From contig NC_042997.1 of NCBI RefSeq assembly GCF_006345805.1, positions 158,720,001 through 158,784,000 of the forward strand: a DNA stretch of 64,000 nt, in the 5' to 3' direction. The stretch is from Octopus sinensis. Taxonomy: Eukaryota. The position numbers were made by a program, and so were the translations under genes. Shown here piece after piece: positions 52,013 through 64,000 of the stretch (within the stretch, counting starts at the first letter, position 1; every line of letters starts with the position of its first letter). The notes beneath the pieces were generated by a model. The model was not told the origin of the DNA. It worked only from the letters and a program-made list of their open reading frames with translations, and did not search any database.

Positions 52013-52489
52013 ATACATAACCTTTACTCCCTACTCCAACTCTTCAATTTTTATGGACAATTTTCTTACGTTTTATATAACAGCCGCTAAGCTGTATATA
52101 TGTACCTACATTTTTCTGATGCTTGAATTTTCAGAGAATTATACGTGTGTGTGTGTGTTTGCATATGTGCATACCTATATCGACATATACATATATTAAA
52201 CTTGTATATATTTACGTAATGTAGATACGTGAGCTCGACTCATGATCATAACGCTACACGTTCAATTCTTTGACTTGTTGGCACTCTGCTTCCTAGAGCA
52301 ATGCAGTTCATACCGCACTGCTCGTATCTTCTCGGTTGAAAGTGTTGTATCACCCAAGTGTTGTACAACACTTTGTCTCAATTCATCTCTCGCATTTTAG
52401 ATGATCCACTGGCCAAACCGTTTTCGTATCTTCACTAATCAATTCACCAATTATTGGTGTAAAATTAACTAGAGTTTTGTCCTTTCTTT

Positions 52490-53430
52490 TATTAAAACGC
52501 ATAAGGCCAGAGCTTCCATTAACACAATAGATTTGAATCAGTTCTCTTTGTCTTTGTCTTACTGCCCCTCGTGTTTATTTTCTGGTATTTCCAGAAGGTC
52601 TGGCGCCACATGTTCTTGAGTGAAAGTTACTTTTGTTTTCTTGTGGGTTCCGCATCATTTCATTCTGTGCACACTGAGTGTCTGTCAAGTGCAATGTATT
52701 ACCAGCTAGGCCAAACCGAAGTAAGGATATGCTTTGCAGCGATTGGGATTTTTGTTTTCCAGAGAGGATTTTTCTTTTGGGATAATGCTAGACTTAATGA
52801 CTTCCAGAATCTTTCATAAGAGTCATTCGTAAAATATTTCCAGCTTCTTGATTAAGTTTTTGGTCAGTCTCCATGTTTAACTGCAGAAATATCGCGCTAA
52901 ACATTTACGCAAATATTGCGCTTACAGAAATATTGTGCTAAATAGATGGACCTTTACAGCAATGCTAGATTCATGACCTATACTGAATTATGGATGCAAT
53001 CTTACCAATTCTTTTTTTCACATCATTTTTAATGTTTCCGCTATAACTGATCACACTGACCGCGTAGGAAAATTTATGGGTTTTGGCCGCCCAATGCGGT
53101 CAGTATATGCCGAACACGTAATGCCATGCTACTGGAAGCTGGTGTCCAATGAGGACGGGAAATTTGAGTTATGGAATTAATCCGAACAGCATATTTTTTC
53201 CATAGCTAATTTTCAATCCAATTTTTCCTGCTTGCTCTTTGATGTTTGCAGTCTAATTCATATAATGCAATGTCATCGTCAAAGCCCAAATCGCAATGCG
53301 TTTCCATTATTTCCCACTTAGTTTTGCAGTGCTTCCATTAGTTTCCATCATCATTATGAAGCCAACTGCTAACAAGAAAGAGAGTGGCAGGAGGAAACAG
53401 CCTTGTGGGACGCCAACGATGTGATAAATT
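52490..53430 (-). pseudogene. Degenerate RTE-clade LINE, RT domain 4 to 3' end
   Basis: Broken frames GVPQGCFLLPLSFLLAVGFIM, DLGFDDDIAL, KEQAGKIGLKIS, VKKRIGK, KTWRLTKNLIKKLEIF, TWRQTFW. Confidence 0.7.
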
Positions 53431-53714
53431 ATCAGCATGTTTATTAGCACTATAACGTGGAGCATAATGAACAGTCAGAAACAATCATGATGACATTTAG
53501 ATAGTGGATGGCTAGGCTGATATTGTTGTTCGTGATGATGAGAAGTAGAGAGAGAGAGAGAGAGAGAGAGAACAAAGACTAGGAAGAGGTGGACGGATAA
53601 CAGAAGGGGAATAACATTGTTGAATGCGAGCATGGGGACACAATGATAATGGTAAGGAATGGGAGCATTACGGTCTCGAAGAGGAGATTTCAAAACACTT
53701 TGTTCTTCTGTTCA

Positions 53715-53741
53715 TATTGATGATGGTGATGATGATGATAT

Positions 53742-53787
<46 letters not shown>

Positions 53788-53954
53788 GTGGAGGCGAAAT
53801 ATAATAGTGGTGGCGACGGTGGTGATGATGCCTGTTGTTGCTTCTGATGTGGATAAGATATAACTAGTTGATTATATTTCTAATGATAATATAATAATAT
53901 TGTTAATGACCGTCAACTTGATCCAGATTGATGATGGTGTTGTTGTTGCTGCTA

Positions 53955-53986
<32 letters not shown>

Positions 53987-54135
53987 CAAGATGATAGGAG
54001 GTGATATTGGCGTTATAGAAGCAATATCGATGTTGGAAACTATCATTATGACAAAAGATATAACAGAAATGGTTCGATGATGTTACTAAAGTTATTGTTG
54101 CTACTGTTGTTGTTGTTGTTGTTAGTGACGACGAC

Positions 54136-54167
<32 letters not shown>

Positions 54168-54597
54168 CGGAAAGGAGGCGGATTAAGGCTTAGAAGAAGG
54201 CGGTACAGCTTCTGATGTGGTTGCTGGTATTGATGAGAATGACAATGATGATGATGGTGATGATGGTGAGGAGATGGAGGAAATATGAAAAGTTGAGGAT
54301 AATGGTAATTAAAATACAAAGAAAAGTTGATGATGGCTGTGACGACCACTGTCGCCGTCGTCATCGTCACCATCACCATCATCATCATCATCAGTAGCAG
54401 CAGCAGCATCGTCATCATCATTGTCATCATCATTGTCATTCATAGTCGTAACAATGACGGCTATGATATTGATGATTATGATACTAGTGATGAAGATTAT
54501 GATACAGGGGAAAGAAAATTATCTTAGCGAGGATGACTATTATTATTATTATTTTTATTATTATTATTATTATATTTTATTATTATTATTATCATTA

Positions 54598-54630
<33 letters not shown>

Positions 54631-54635
54631 CATCA

Positions 54636-54668
<33 letters not shown>

Positions 54669-54705
54669 TATATTATTATTATATATTATTATTATTATTA
54701 TTATC

Positions 54706-54751
<46 letters not shown>

Positions 54752-54821
54752 TATTATATTATTATCATTATATTATTATATTATTATTATTATCATTATT
54801 ATTATTATTATTATTATTATC

Positions 54822-54863
<42 letters not shown>

Positions 54864-54945
54864 CATTATTATTATTATTATTATTATTATCATATTATTA
54901 TTATTATTATATTATTATTATTATTATCATTATTATTATTATATT

Positions 54946-55015
<70 letters not shown>

Positions 55016-55047
55016 TATTATTATCATATTATTATTATTATTATTAT

Positions 55048-55078
<31 letters not shown>

Positions 55079-55910
55079 TATTATTATTCGAAGGATACTG
55101 AGGATGAAAGTATTGAGCATGTAGATGATGATGATGATGATGATGATGATGCTATTGTTGTTTTTGTTTATGTTGGTCATGAGGGGGGGGTGATGACGAT
55201 GACAATAATGAAGGTGAGGATTATGGGGATATTGAGGTGGAACATGTTGCTGCTGTTGCTGCTGCTGCTGTTGCGGATGCTGATCATGTTCAGGATTATA
55301 ATGGTGATGATGATGATGATGACGGTGGTGGTGGTGGTGGTGGTGGTGTTGACGACGTCGGTAGTGCTAGCTCTTCGTTATTGTCGCTAATAACTTTTTA
55401 TAGATATTTATGTTTTTAATGCCTTTTATTCATGAAGGGGAAAATAGCTTTTGGATTTTTTTTACTAATACAGCTGCAACTGCTGCTGCAGAAATTCATG
55501 CTTCCCTTTGCTCATGCTGCTAGCGCTGCTGCTGCTGCTGCTGCTGCTAGCATATTGCTGCTGTTGTTGCTGTTGTCGCTTTTATCGCTGTCGTTCTAGT
55601 ATTTTCCTATTACTTTTGTTTTTGCCGTTTGTTGTCAACATCGACGTCGTCGTTGTCATCGCAGTCTTTTTATTTCGTTCTTAATGATTCTGTTGCTATA
55701 TTTGTTATAGATATCGATAACTGGCTTGTCGTTGATTTTACTGCCGCTCTCACAGCTATTGTCCTCGATTCTGTCGTCGTTCTTATTGCTGTTGTTGTCT
55801 TCGATGTTTTTAACGATGTCGCTCTTGTTGCTGTATTCGTTGCTGCCTATCTTATCCTATTAATATTGTTAGTGCTGCTGTTACCCTTCTTGCTGTTGTT
55901 GTTACTGTAA
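53715..55910. repeat. Trinucleotide tract (GAT)n/(TAT)n/(GCT)n/(GTT)n
   Basis: Includes ~550 bp of (TAT)n at 54535-55088; poly-Y/I/L ORFs in all frames. Confidence 0.9.
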
Positions 55911-57179
55911 TCTGTTTTATGGAACAGCGGCGGACGACTCATTGAGTTACGCTAGCCTTAAAACATTGCCGTAGTTATTTTGTTATATTTTTCTGGGGGG
56001 TTTTTTTTTTCTGCTAACACAATCCTGTTTATAGATGTGTAATGCAGTATACTTTATTAGTGCAGAAGTAGAAAAAAAATGTAGTGCAATATAGTGTATT
56101 CCAGCGTAGTGTAATTTTAGTGAAACGTCGTAGAGATCTGACATTCAGAAGTATTTATAATCTACGAGTCTAGTGTTGTAGAGCAGTGCCGTGGTGGTAG
56201 TGGTGGAGATCCAATGTACAATACTACTGTAAGGCGTTGTGTAATGTATAAGTAGTTAGTAGTAATATAGAAGTGTAGAATAATGGGATGTGCTGCATTT
56301 TAATGTTGAGTAGGTTTTATGCAGAAATAATTAATGTTGCCTCGGCAGAAATTTTCTTTAGGTTTCTCTTACTATATTTGTCCTTTTAATCTCATCCAGA
56401 TCAGCATTACCTTTTCTCTTTCCTCCAGAGCAGCGGAATTAAATCCGAGTAATATGCAAGAATCGATTCAATCAACTAAACATACTCTTTTCTAGTAATT
56501 GACATTGTACACTTTCAAAAACAAGAAAAAAGTAAGAAAGAAAAATATAGAAAAAAATCTTTTTTTTTCAATTCAGCAAGGAAGAAGAAATATCCTGATT
56601 TAACTGAATGTTTACTTATGAATCAAGGCTTTGGGTTATTGCAATATAATGCAATATATTGCAATATTAAGTGTTTAGTTTATTTCTTTCACACGAATTC
56701 TGTCGTTCCCTCTGCATCTGTGTTGAAACTGAAGCATTTCCAGTTTGTCTTTTAGCTGTTGTTGTTCTCTTTTTTGTGTATCGTTCATTCTCATTGCTTT
56801 TGCTGCAATTCTATTTATTCCACCGTATCGTGTTCTTAAAATATATGCTACAGCAACTTTGAAGCTGAGCTGCAATGTAAAAGCTAAACCGCATTTTACG
56901 ATTTCTGTTTTAGATGGGAAGATTTCACACTATAATTGCCAAAAATGTTACTAAAGAGACATGCCCACCATAAACTTCCTTATAATGTCGAGTGTTTTAT
57001 TGAGCCTTTCTTTTTATTCAGAATATATGAGTGATAAAATACAACTGTAAAATATATATTCTGAAGGATGTTACTGTAATTGCTTTAATTTTAAAATAAA
57101 TCATTATCGATGTTTTATTTATACACCTTGGTATCAGATTTATAGTATCGTGGGTGGTAATATTGTGTGACATCCTTGC

Positions 57180-57350
57180 GGATAGATTTACAGATGATGG
57201 TAGTTTCTGCGAGTTCGATGATCATGAGGAAGCACGGTGCGCCCTGAAGTGGCAATGTCAACCAGTCCTTGACGCTGCAAGGCTTTTCTTCCTTGGAGCC
57301 CCACCACCAGATAGAGTTTAAAGTCATCCCCTGGGCTGGATAGATTTACA
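57180..57350. other. 145 bp GC-richer insert flanked by a 13 bp direct repeat
   Basis: GGATAGATTTACA at 57180-57192 and 57338-57350. Confidence 0.6.
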
Positions 57351-58903
57351 AACATACGTGGAATTAACACATGACACTTAGTTAAATTGTTTTGCTCTGC
57401 GTTATTCCACAACAGGATCAACAATTATATTTACCTACAAAAATGTAATTAAACCAAAGAAAATTAAGTAAATTTTAGAAATTAATTTAGAAAGGTTTCA
57501 GTTGCAAATCTACTGTCAAAGTTATAAAATTTAAACCTTTACTATTTTTCTACATTTTCTTCTGTCTGCCATTGTAAGAAAATAATACTGTAGCTATAGT
57601 GTAAATATTAGATGCAATAATTTAATCTTTTAAATATCAACTGCGGTGTGCGACTAAAATCACTATCTGATTCGTATTTGTGTTTTACGGGGTCTACAAT
57701 ATAGCGACATTCTAGTTAGATCCTAATCAGGGTATCTATACATGTTGTGTTGTTATTTTTGCTTAGTTCTAGACCTACAATGAATCGCATTCCAACAGTA
57801 AATACTCCGCTTTGTATTTAGACATGCATTAACCTGTGTAAATTGAGATGCTAATATTCAGTAGGTTGATCAAACGCAGAAATTTTTCGTTGTTGGCTGG
57901 AGAGCGCAAAACACACGACTGCATTAGTACAACATGGACATGCTAATTAATGTAGTAGAGAAGTGAAGATTAGTATCTTGATACTGAAGCGTAGTATTAT
58001 ATGACTAAGTTTAGTAGAGTGTTTAATAGTGAAATAGTTCAATGCAAATTTGGAGTGTTCTGCAATAAAGTAGTTTTGAGTAATGTAGTAGAGATCTGTA
58101 TTTCAACTGTTAATTCTTTCTACTACTGTTAGAAAATAGTAGTCTAGTTATGTTGCATAGACTGGATGCAACAATTTATATAATTCGTACGTTCATTATG
58201 TAATGTATTATTTAGTTTATCAACACGCAGTATTGAAACAATTTCATCTTTTGAATATTGACTTTGTGGACTCAGAGTCAAACGCGAAATTAGATACACA
58301 CATATAACAATACCGCTTCATCTGATTCATATATATATATATATATATATAATGTAGTATAGTGTTCTATAATGTGATCTATTTTTCTATTGTATGACGT
58401 TGCTGTGTGTTCTATAATATAGTATAATTTTTTTAATAAAGTATGGATGTGTTCTATAATGTAAGATAGTGATTCATATTTTGATGTAGCATTCTATAGA
58501 ATAGTAAAGCTTTATGTATGACGGTATAGTGCCCTATATAGTACTGCAGAGATTTATAATGTAATCTTCTATGATGAAGTGCTGCCGTATCTAAGTACTA
58601 CTGAATGGGAGGTCCAATATATTATTTCAAGTAATCATTTCTTTATATCTTAACATCATAAATCTATTACAATCCTTTGGCATTTGAATGAAGGCCTGTT
58701 CTTTGGTTGATAAATTTGCTTTACGATTACTTGGTTACTGGTTCAATCCCACAGTGCAAATCTTGAATTACTAACTTCTGCCAGAGTCACAGTTTGATCA
58801 ACTATTTGTGAGGGGGAAAATTGTAGAAGGTAACAATGCAGAAGCATGTCGTATACACGCACATGCACATACACATACAAAGATGCACACACACACTCAC
58901 ACA

Positions 58904-60034
58904 TGAGGTTGTATCAAAATGTTTCCAAACTAGTTCTGTGGTGCGCCAGCAGGGCAGCACCCGGTAGCGTGCGCTGTGGAAGCTAGCAGTGACCTACTTG
59001 AGGTATGCCGAGTGAAGTCGCTGTGTTTACCTCACTAGGTCTGAAATTTCTGTTTTTGAGATCATGTTTATACTGTAGTCTGCAATTCTGCCATGGACAG
59101 GAAGCTGGAACAAAGGGCAAGCGTGAAATTTTGATGTACGTTTGGGAAATCTACTACGGAGATATTGAGCATATATCGGCAACCTTACGGTGACGGAGCA
59201 AAGGGTCGAACGCAATGTTTCAAGTGGCACGACCGCTTCAAAAGCGGGTGAACGTCCCTGGAAGACGATGAGCGATCTGGAAGACTTGTCACCCCCAGAA
59301 ATGTGGAGAAAATTCATCAGCTTGTGCATGAGAATCAGCGGAGGACAATCAATGACATTGCTGATGTTGTCGGTCTGTCGTATGGGTTCGTGCAGGCAAT
59401 CCTAACCTCTGAATTTGAACATGCAGCGTGTCTCTGTCAAGTTTGTCCTCCGCCTGCTGACCACTGAACAGAAAGAACATCGCGTCGAACAGTGCCTCTG
59501 ATGAACCATCCCTCATGTCGAAGATCAATATCGGTTATGGGAGTTGGGTCTACGGGTACGACCCTGAGATGACGCAGCAGTCATCATATTGGAAGAGGCC
59601 TTCATCTCCAAAACCAGGGAAGGCACGACAGAGTCACAGCTCAATCAAGAGCTTGCTCAATCAAGATCTGTGGAGTGCGAAGAATTGGATTATACACGAG
59701 GACAATGCACCCTGTCACCCAGCTCTCTTCATTCGTGAGTTTCTCGCCAACAAGAACATGGAATAACTGCGGATCTCTATCTCTTCCCCAAGATTGAAAT
59801 GCAGCTCAAAGATCTCCGTTTTAACACTGTTTCCGTGTTCCAGAGCGAATCGTAGAAGGTCCTCGACTAGCTTAGGGAAAACGACTTCCAAACATGATTC
59901 CGAGAGTGGCAGGAATGCTGGGACTGGTGTACTGCTGCGCAAGTGAACTATTTCGAAGTTGAAGAAGCTAAAACTTAAGTAAATAGGTTATTTTTTAAAT
60001 ATAACTAATACGGGTACTTTTTGATACCACCTCG
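58904..60034 (+). mobile_element. Mariner (DD34D-type) transposon, internally deleted, non-functional
   Basis: Left TIR TGAGGTTGTATCAAAATG vs right TIR reverse complement CGAGGTGGTATCAAAAAG, with TA after 60034. ATG 59093 MDRKLEQRASVKF*; WVYGYDPE..QQSS.WK.P.SPKP.KARQS; HEDNAPCH; DLYLFPKI. The YSPDLAP motif is deleted. Confidence 0.9.
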
Positions 60035-60938
60035 TATATATGTGCGTGTCTATAGGTCTGTATATTTGCAGGTATGTACGAATGTATATGTGTGTGTGTG
60101 TCGGCATTCCGAGTGCATAACCAAGGTTGCTTTAGTTCACAAATTACAAACTGCATTATAATATATAATAGATAGGCGTGCAAGTTATAAAATTGATAGC
60201 ATTCAGTTATTCTCTCTATGGTTGGCTTTATAATTGAAGGAACAATAGGTTTAGAGTAGATTTAAGGATATCACTACCATCTATGTTTGGCAAAGTTGTG
60301 TTCTTCATTAACCGTTATAAATAACTTTGCTGTGCCAACCCGTTCGTGTTTAAATCAACTAAGTTGATTTATTTAACTCAACAAGCTCAATTAATCTTTA
60401 TAAAATGGAAGTAAATTGTGCTGATACTTTCAACTGAAAGAGATACTTTTAAACTGTGAGTAGAGATAATGTAAAACTGTGATAGATTTGTTACAGCGTG
60501 TTAAAACACTGTTGACTTTTAGTCTTCATTATATCAATACTTTTACCATGAAGTTTCAACCTGTTTATTATTACATCACTATATTCTATCCGAGATATAT
60601 ATTCTAATGCAAGTGCAAAAATAAGTAATAAGATTAGACTAAAAATGATTTCTTACGTACGTAGAGAAGAAAACATTACAGTCAATCAAATTAGTACTTT
60701 TATACAAGTACACAAGTAGTGTGTATTTTATTTGCACTTTGCCTCTGACAAAATAAGAGGTATGTACATAAGTTGAATTACAAATTTGGTGTAATAGAAA
60801 TTAATCAGCTAGACTAGAATAAGGAATATAAACGGCGTAAAGTCAAAATAAAATTGATAATTGGATAACTGAACGTAGTACTTTACTGCATTGGAATAAA
60901 AGATAATAGTGCGTGTCACTGAAATTACCACATTCATT

Positions 60939-61310
60939 TTAACAACTTTTAGAAAGTGGACATAATCCATCACCCGGTTTATCGCCATCATCACACTCTT
61001 GAGTGACCACAGAGAAATCCTCTCTGTTGCATGCATTAAGTCCAGGTTTCCGGTTAGAGAATAATATCCACTCTTTTTTTCCACTGATTTCAAATGCCCT
61101 GAAATGGGCCCTACTATTACTGAGTAAAAAATATTCTTGTAAATGATATGTAATATGGAAAAACATTGTGTTACCTATTAATATTCTCCCTCTAAAAGCT
61201 CCACTTGGCTGGAAAATATGGAAGACAATTTTTTTTCTATCAAGAAAATCATCAAACTGATCTAACACTTTATCCAAACACGATAGCAGCAGAATAAGAC
61301 AGTGTGTTTG
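60939..61310 (-). CDS. Candidate coding segment of unknown product (possible exon/ORF)
   Basis: Non-repetitive open frame preceded by an AG acceptor (TTTTGCATCCTATATAG, 61311) with a GT donor at 61174; no homology recognised. Confidence 0.2.
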   Translation of the reverse strand, partial: QTHCLILLLSCLDKVLDQFDDFLDRKKIVFHIFQPSGAFRGRILIGNTMFFHITYHLQEYFLLSNSRAHFRAFEISGKKEWILFSNRKPGLNACNREDFSVVTQECDDGDKPGDGLCPLSKSC

Positions 61311-62949
61311 CTATATAGGATGCAAAATATATATATAAATCATTGCGATAGCCTCAAATGCTAACAGATTTTCATAACAGTGTTTGTTAAAAGCGTAATC
61401 GAAGTAGACAGAAATCACATAACACAACTGGCAGTTGTAAGAGAAGAATGAGATACAAAAATTTGAAAGATATAAATTTTTAACTCAATGTGTGTGGTAT
61501 ATTAGATTGCTTGGCATAAAAAGCTTGGATCACACGATTGAAAGCACTTACGCTGAACAAATCTAAAATCCCAGGTAGAAATTTGCAGAGATTAAAGACA
61601 TCAAATACTAATAGAACAGACAATTTTGTATTAGGGTATAATACTTTTAGAGGCAAAAGGAATAAAATCCTTTTTTAAAGATATTTTTCAAAACACCTAT
61701 AATTTCAGAAACCTGTAGAATCATGAGAACAACATGTCGTGACTATAATAAGTCAATGACAAAGCTTTCATTCACTTGTCCTTGACGAGAAGTTGTAGTT
61801 GTTTCTATCAATAAAATTGCAAATGCATGTTGTGAAGAAATATTACATTTTTTGCCTTTTGAAGTATTTTGTTCTTGAAAATCTTAAAAAAAAAATATAT
61901 AATCAAACTCCTTCCAAGCTTGTAATAAATGAACCTTTACTCTATCAATGGGGTGACATTTTTCTTCCTTCTGTTCATAGTTTAAAGACTGAAAAGATAA
62001 ATCCAATGATAACGCTGAAAATTATCTCCCGTGTATTAGAACGTCATGCGCATAAAAGGAAATGATATAATTCAAAGATGAGAGCGGGGAGAAAGAGAAA
62101 GAGAGAGTGAGAGAAAGAGAAAGAGAGAGTGAGAGTGAGAGAAAGAGAGAGTGAGAGAAAGAGAGAGAAATGTTGTCCACAAATTCCCAAATTTACGAAT
62201 ATTGATAATTATATAAATACATTTGTAATTCAGCTGGTGAAACTGGCAGTTACAAAATATGATCTGTTATACCATCTATCTTTGCTATCTGAGGGTTATA
62301 ACTCTAACTATCTGATAGAGATTGAAATTTCCCATTCGTACGCAGCACTTACTGAGAAAGTCTTTTGTTGCCCAATATTGTTTCGTAGAAGACTACAAAC
62401 TATTAGTTCTGTCTCCCCTCGTATTTTCTTGAATATTTTTAAAAGACGTGCGAACTTTTGTACTTATCCACATTAATTTACAGTATTGTTTTAATTTACT
62501 TATTCATTTAAACACCAATTTGATGTTTCTTGTATCTCTTCTCGTCATCATTTTTTTTTTTGGGGGGGGGGCTTTATTTATACTCCTTTGTTTTGTTTTC
62601 TCCATTGTCTTCCCATTCTTTATATTTCTTGTGTCCTGTATATACTTCTTATTAACTATAGTTAAGTCTATTAACCCACGCACGCACACACATACACGCA
62701 CATACACACACACACACGTATTTTAAATAACAATGAAGAGAAACCATATTAAAAGGTGAAACTAACTATATATATATGTTTTTATAAAGAGTCACCTATG
62801 TTGATGTGGGTGTTTATTTGCGTGTGCCCATGAGGGTGTTTGATTGTACATTTTTTTGTACTGCAAAATAAATAAAAACAACTACATCTATGAATAACAA
62901 TTTATCTATCAATCTATCGATATACATAAATGAATGCACACACGTGCAT

Positions 62950-62962
62950 AATACATATATAC

Positions 62963-63005
<43 letters not shown>

Positions 63006-63060
63006 TATACATATATATATATATATTTACATATATATACACAGACATATATATATATAA

Positions 63061-63091
<31 letters not shown>

Positions 63092-63096
63092 AACAT

Positions 63097-63127
<31 letters not shown>

Positions 63128-63132
63128 AACAT

Positions 63133-63215
<83 letters not shown>
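62950..63215. repeat. (TA)n/(CA)n compound microsatellite
   Basis: Direct. Confidence 0.9.
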
Positions 63216-63447
63216 GTACAGAAATATATGTTGTGCCTATGTATGTGTATTTCTGAGCATTTTAAGATTGATATCTAAAGATAAAGGAGAATATATTCAT
63301 AACTAAAAGAAATTATTCCGATCAAAAGAGCCTAAATGTTTTGATGAATAATGAAGGGAATAATTGCCTACGCACAAGTACACATAAATACATGCACTCA
63401 CTACCAACATACACATACACACCCGTACTCGTATGATCACATGCTAT

Positions 63448-63489
<42 letters not shown>

Positions 63490-64000
63490 GCACACCAGCA
63501 CTTCTATATGAGTAAGTAAAAATCAATAACCGGTCGAAAAAAATATTTTAAAAGCAAAAAATCATAGGGACTCCGTGCAATTGGTAATTTCTTGTTTGTC
63601 GTTTGATTATTTTCTTCAAGATGACCATATTTAAAGTAGATAGAAATCCCAAACCCCAATAACGTTTCTTCGATATATCTGCAGAAAAAATGGGAAAAAA
63701 TCAATAAATAGTTTCCGAAAGATGAAATGAACAGAATGGCAATATTCAAATTATGCTTATATATGTTCAATGGACTGAACTGTTGTGAACAGCAATAATA
63801 TTAAATAAATACACAGAGACATACATACATAGGCAAATAGACACCTCCTAAATAGATAGACAAATAGATAGATAGAGGGAGAGAGAAATGTATGTAGTTC
63901 TGATAGTACTCATCTAACTTGAAAAATATCATACATGAAAACACTGAGCCCTTGAGTTTCCGGTATTGGTTTACAGCCAAAATATGAATAAACATGTTCT

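Noticed and set aside
53624-55910. Poly-D/M/Y/I/L ORFs up to 285 aa
   Set aside because: Trinucleotide microsatellite translations.

Overview
AT-rich, microsatellite-saturated animal genomic DNA, most likely a cephalopod (Octopus-like), inferred from many tRNA-derived SINE copies resembling the octopus OR1/OR2 families (names from memory, not database-checked). No host protein-coding gene could be identified with confidence, and most of the ORF track comes from microsatellites or low-complexity tracts. The interpretable content is transposon-derived: R4/Dong-like RLE LINEs, RTE- and CR1/L2-like RT remnants, Penelope-like remnants, a Helitron Rep/Hel remnant, mariner elements, MITEs and at least four SINE families. 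Main points: (1) a ~3 kb fold-back palindrome (6964-9983) whose outer ends each carry an identical type I hammerhead ribozyme fold, facing outwards, in Penelope-like terminal sequence; this could also be an assembly artefact; (2) three R4/Dong-like LINEs stacked head-to-tail and separated by (TAA)n arrays (40.1-46.3 kb), one nearly full length with an internal inversion plus deletion in its RT; (3) head-to-tail OR2-like SINE arrays joined at the same GGTATTTCGTC microhomology; (4) further hammerhead-like motifs, two with C in place of the conserved U4; (5) a weak candidate spliced gene on the minus strand at 60.8-61.9 kb. Coordinates were counted by eye and may be off by a few bases.
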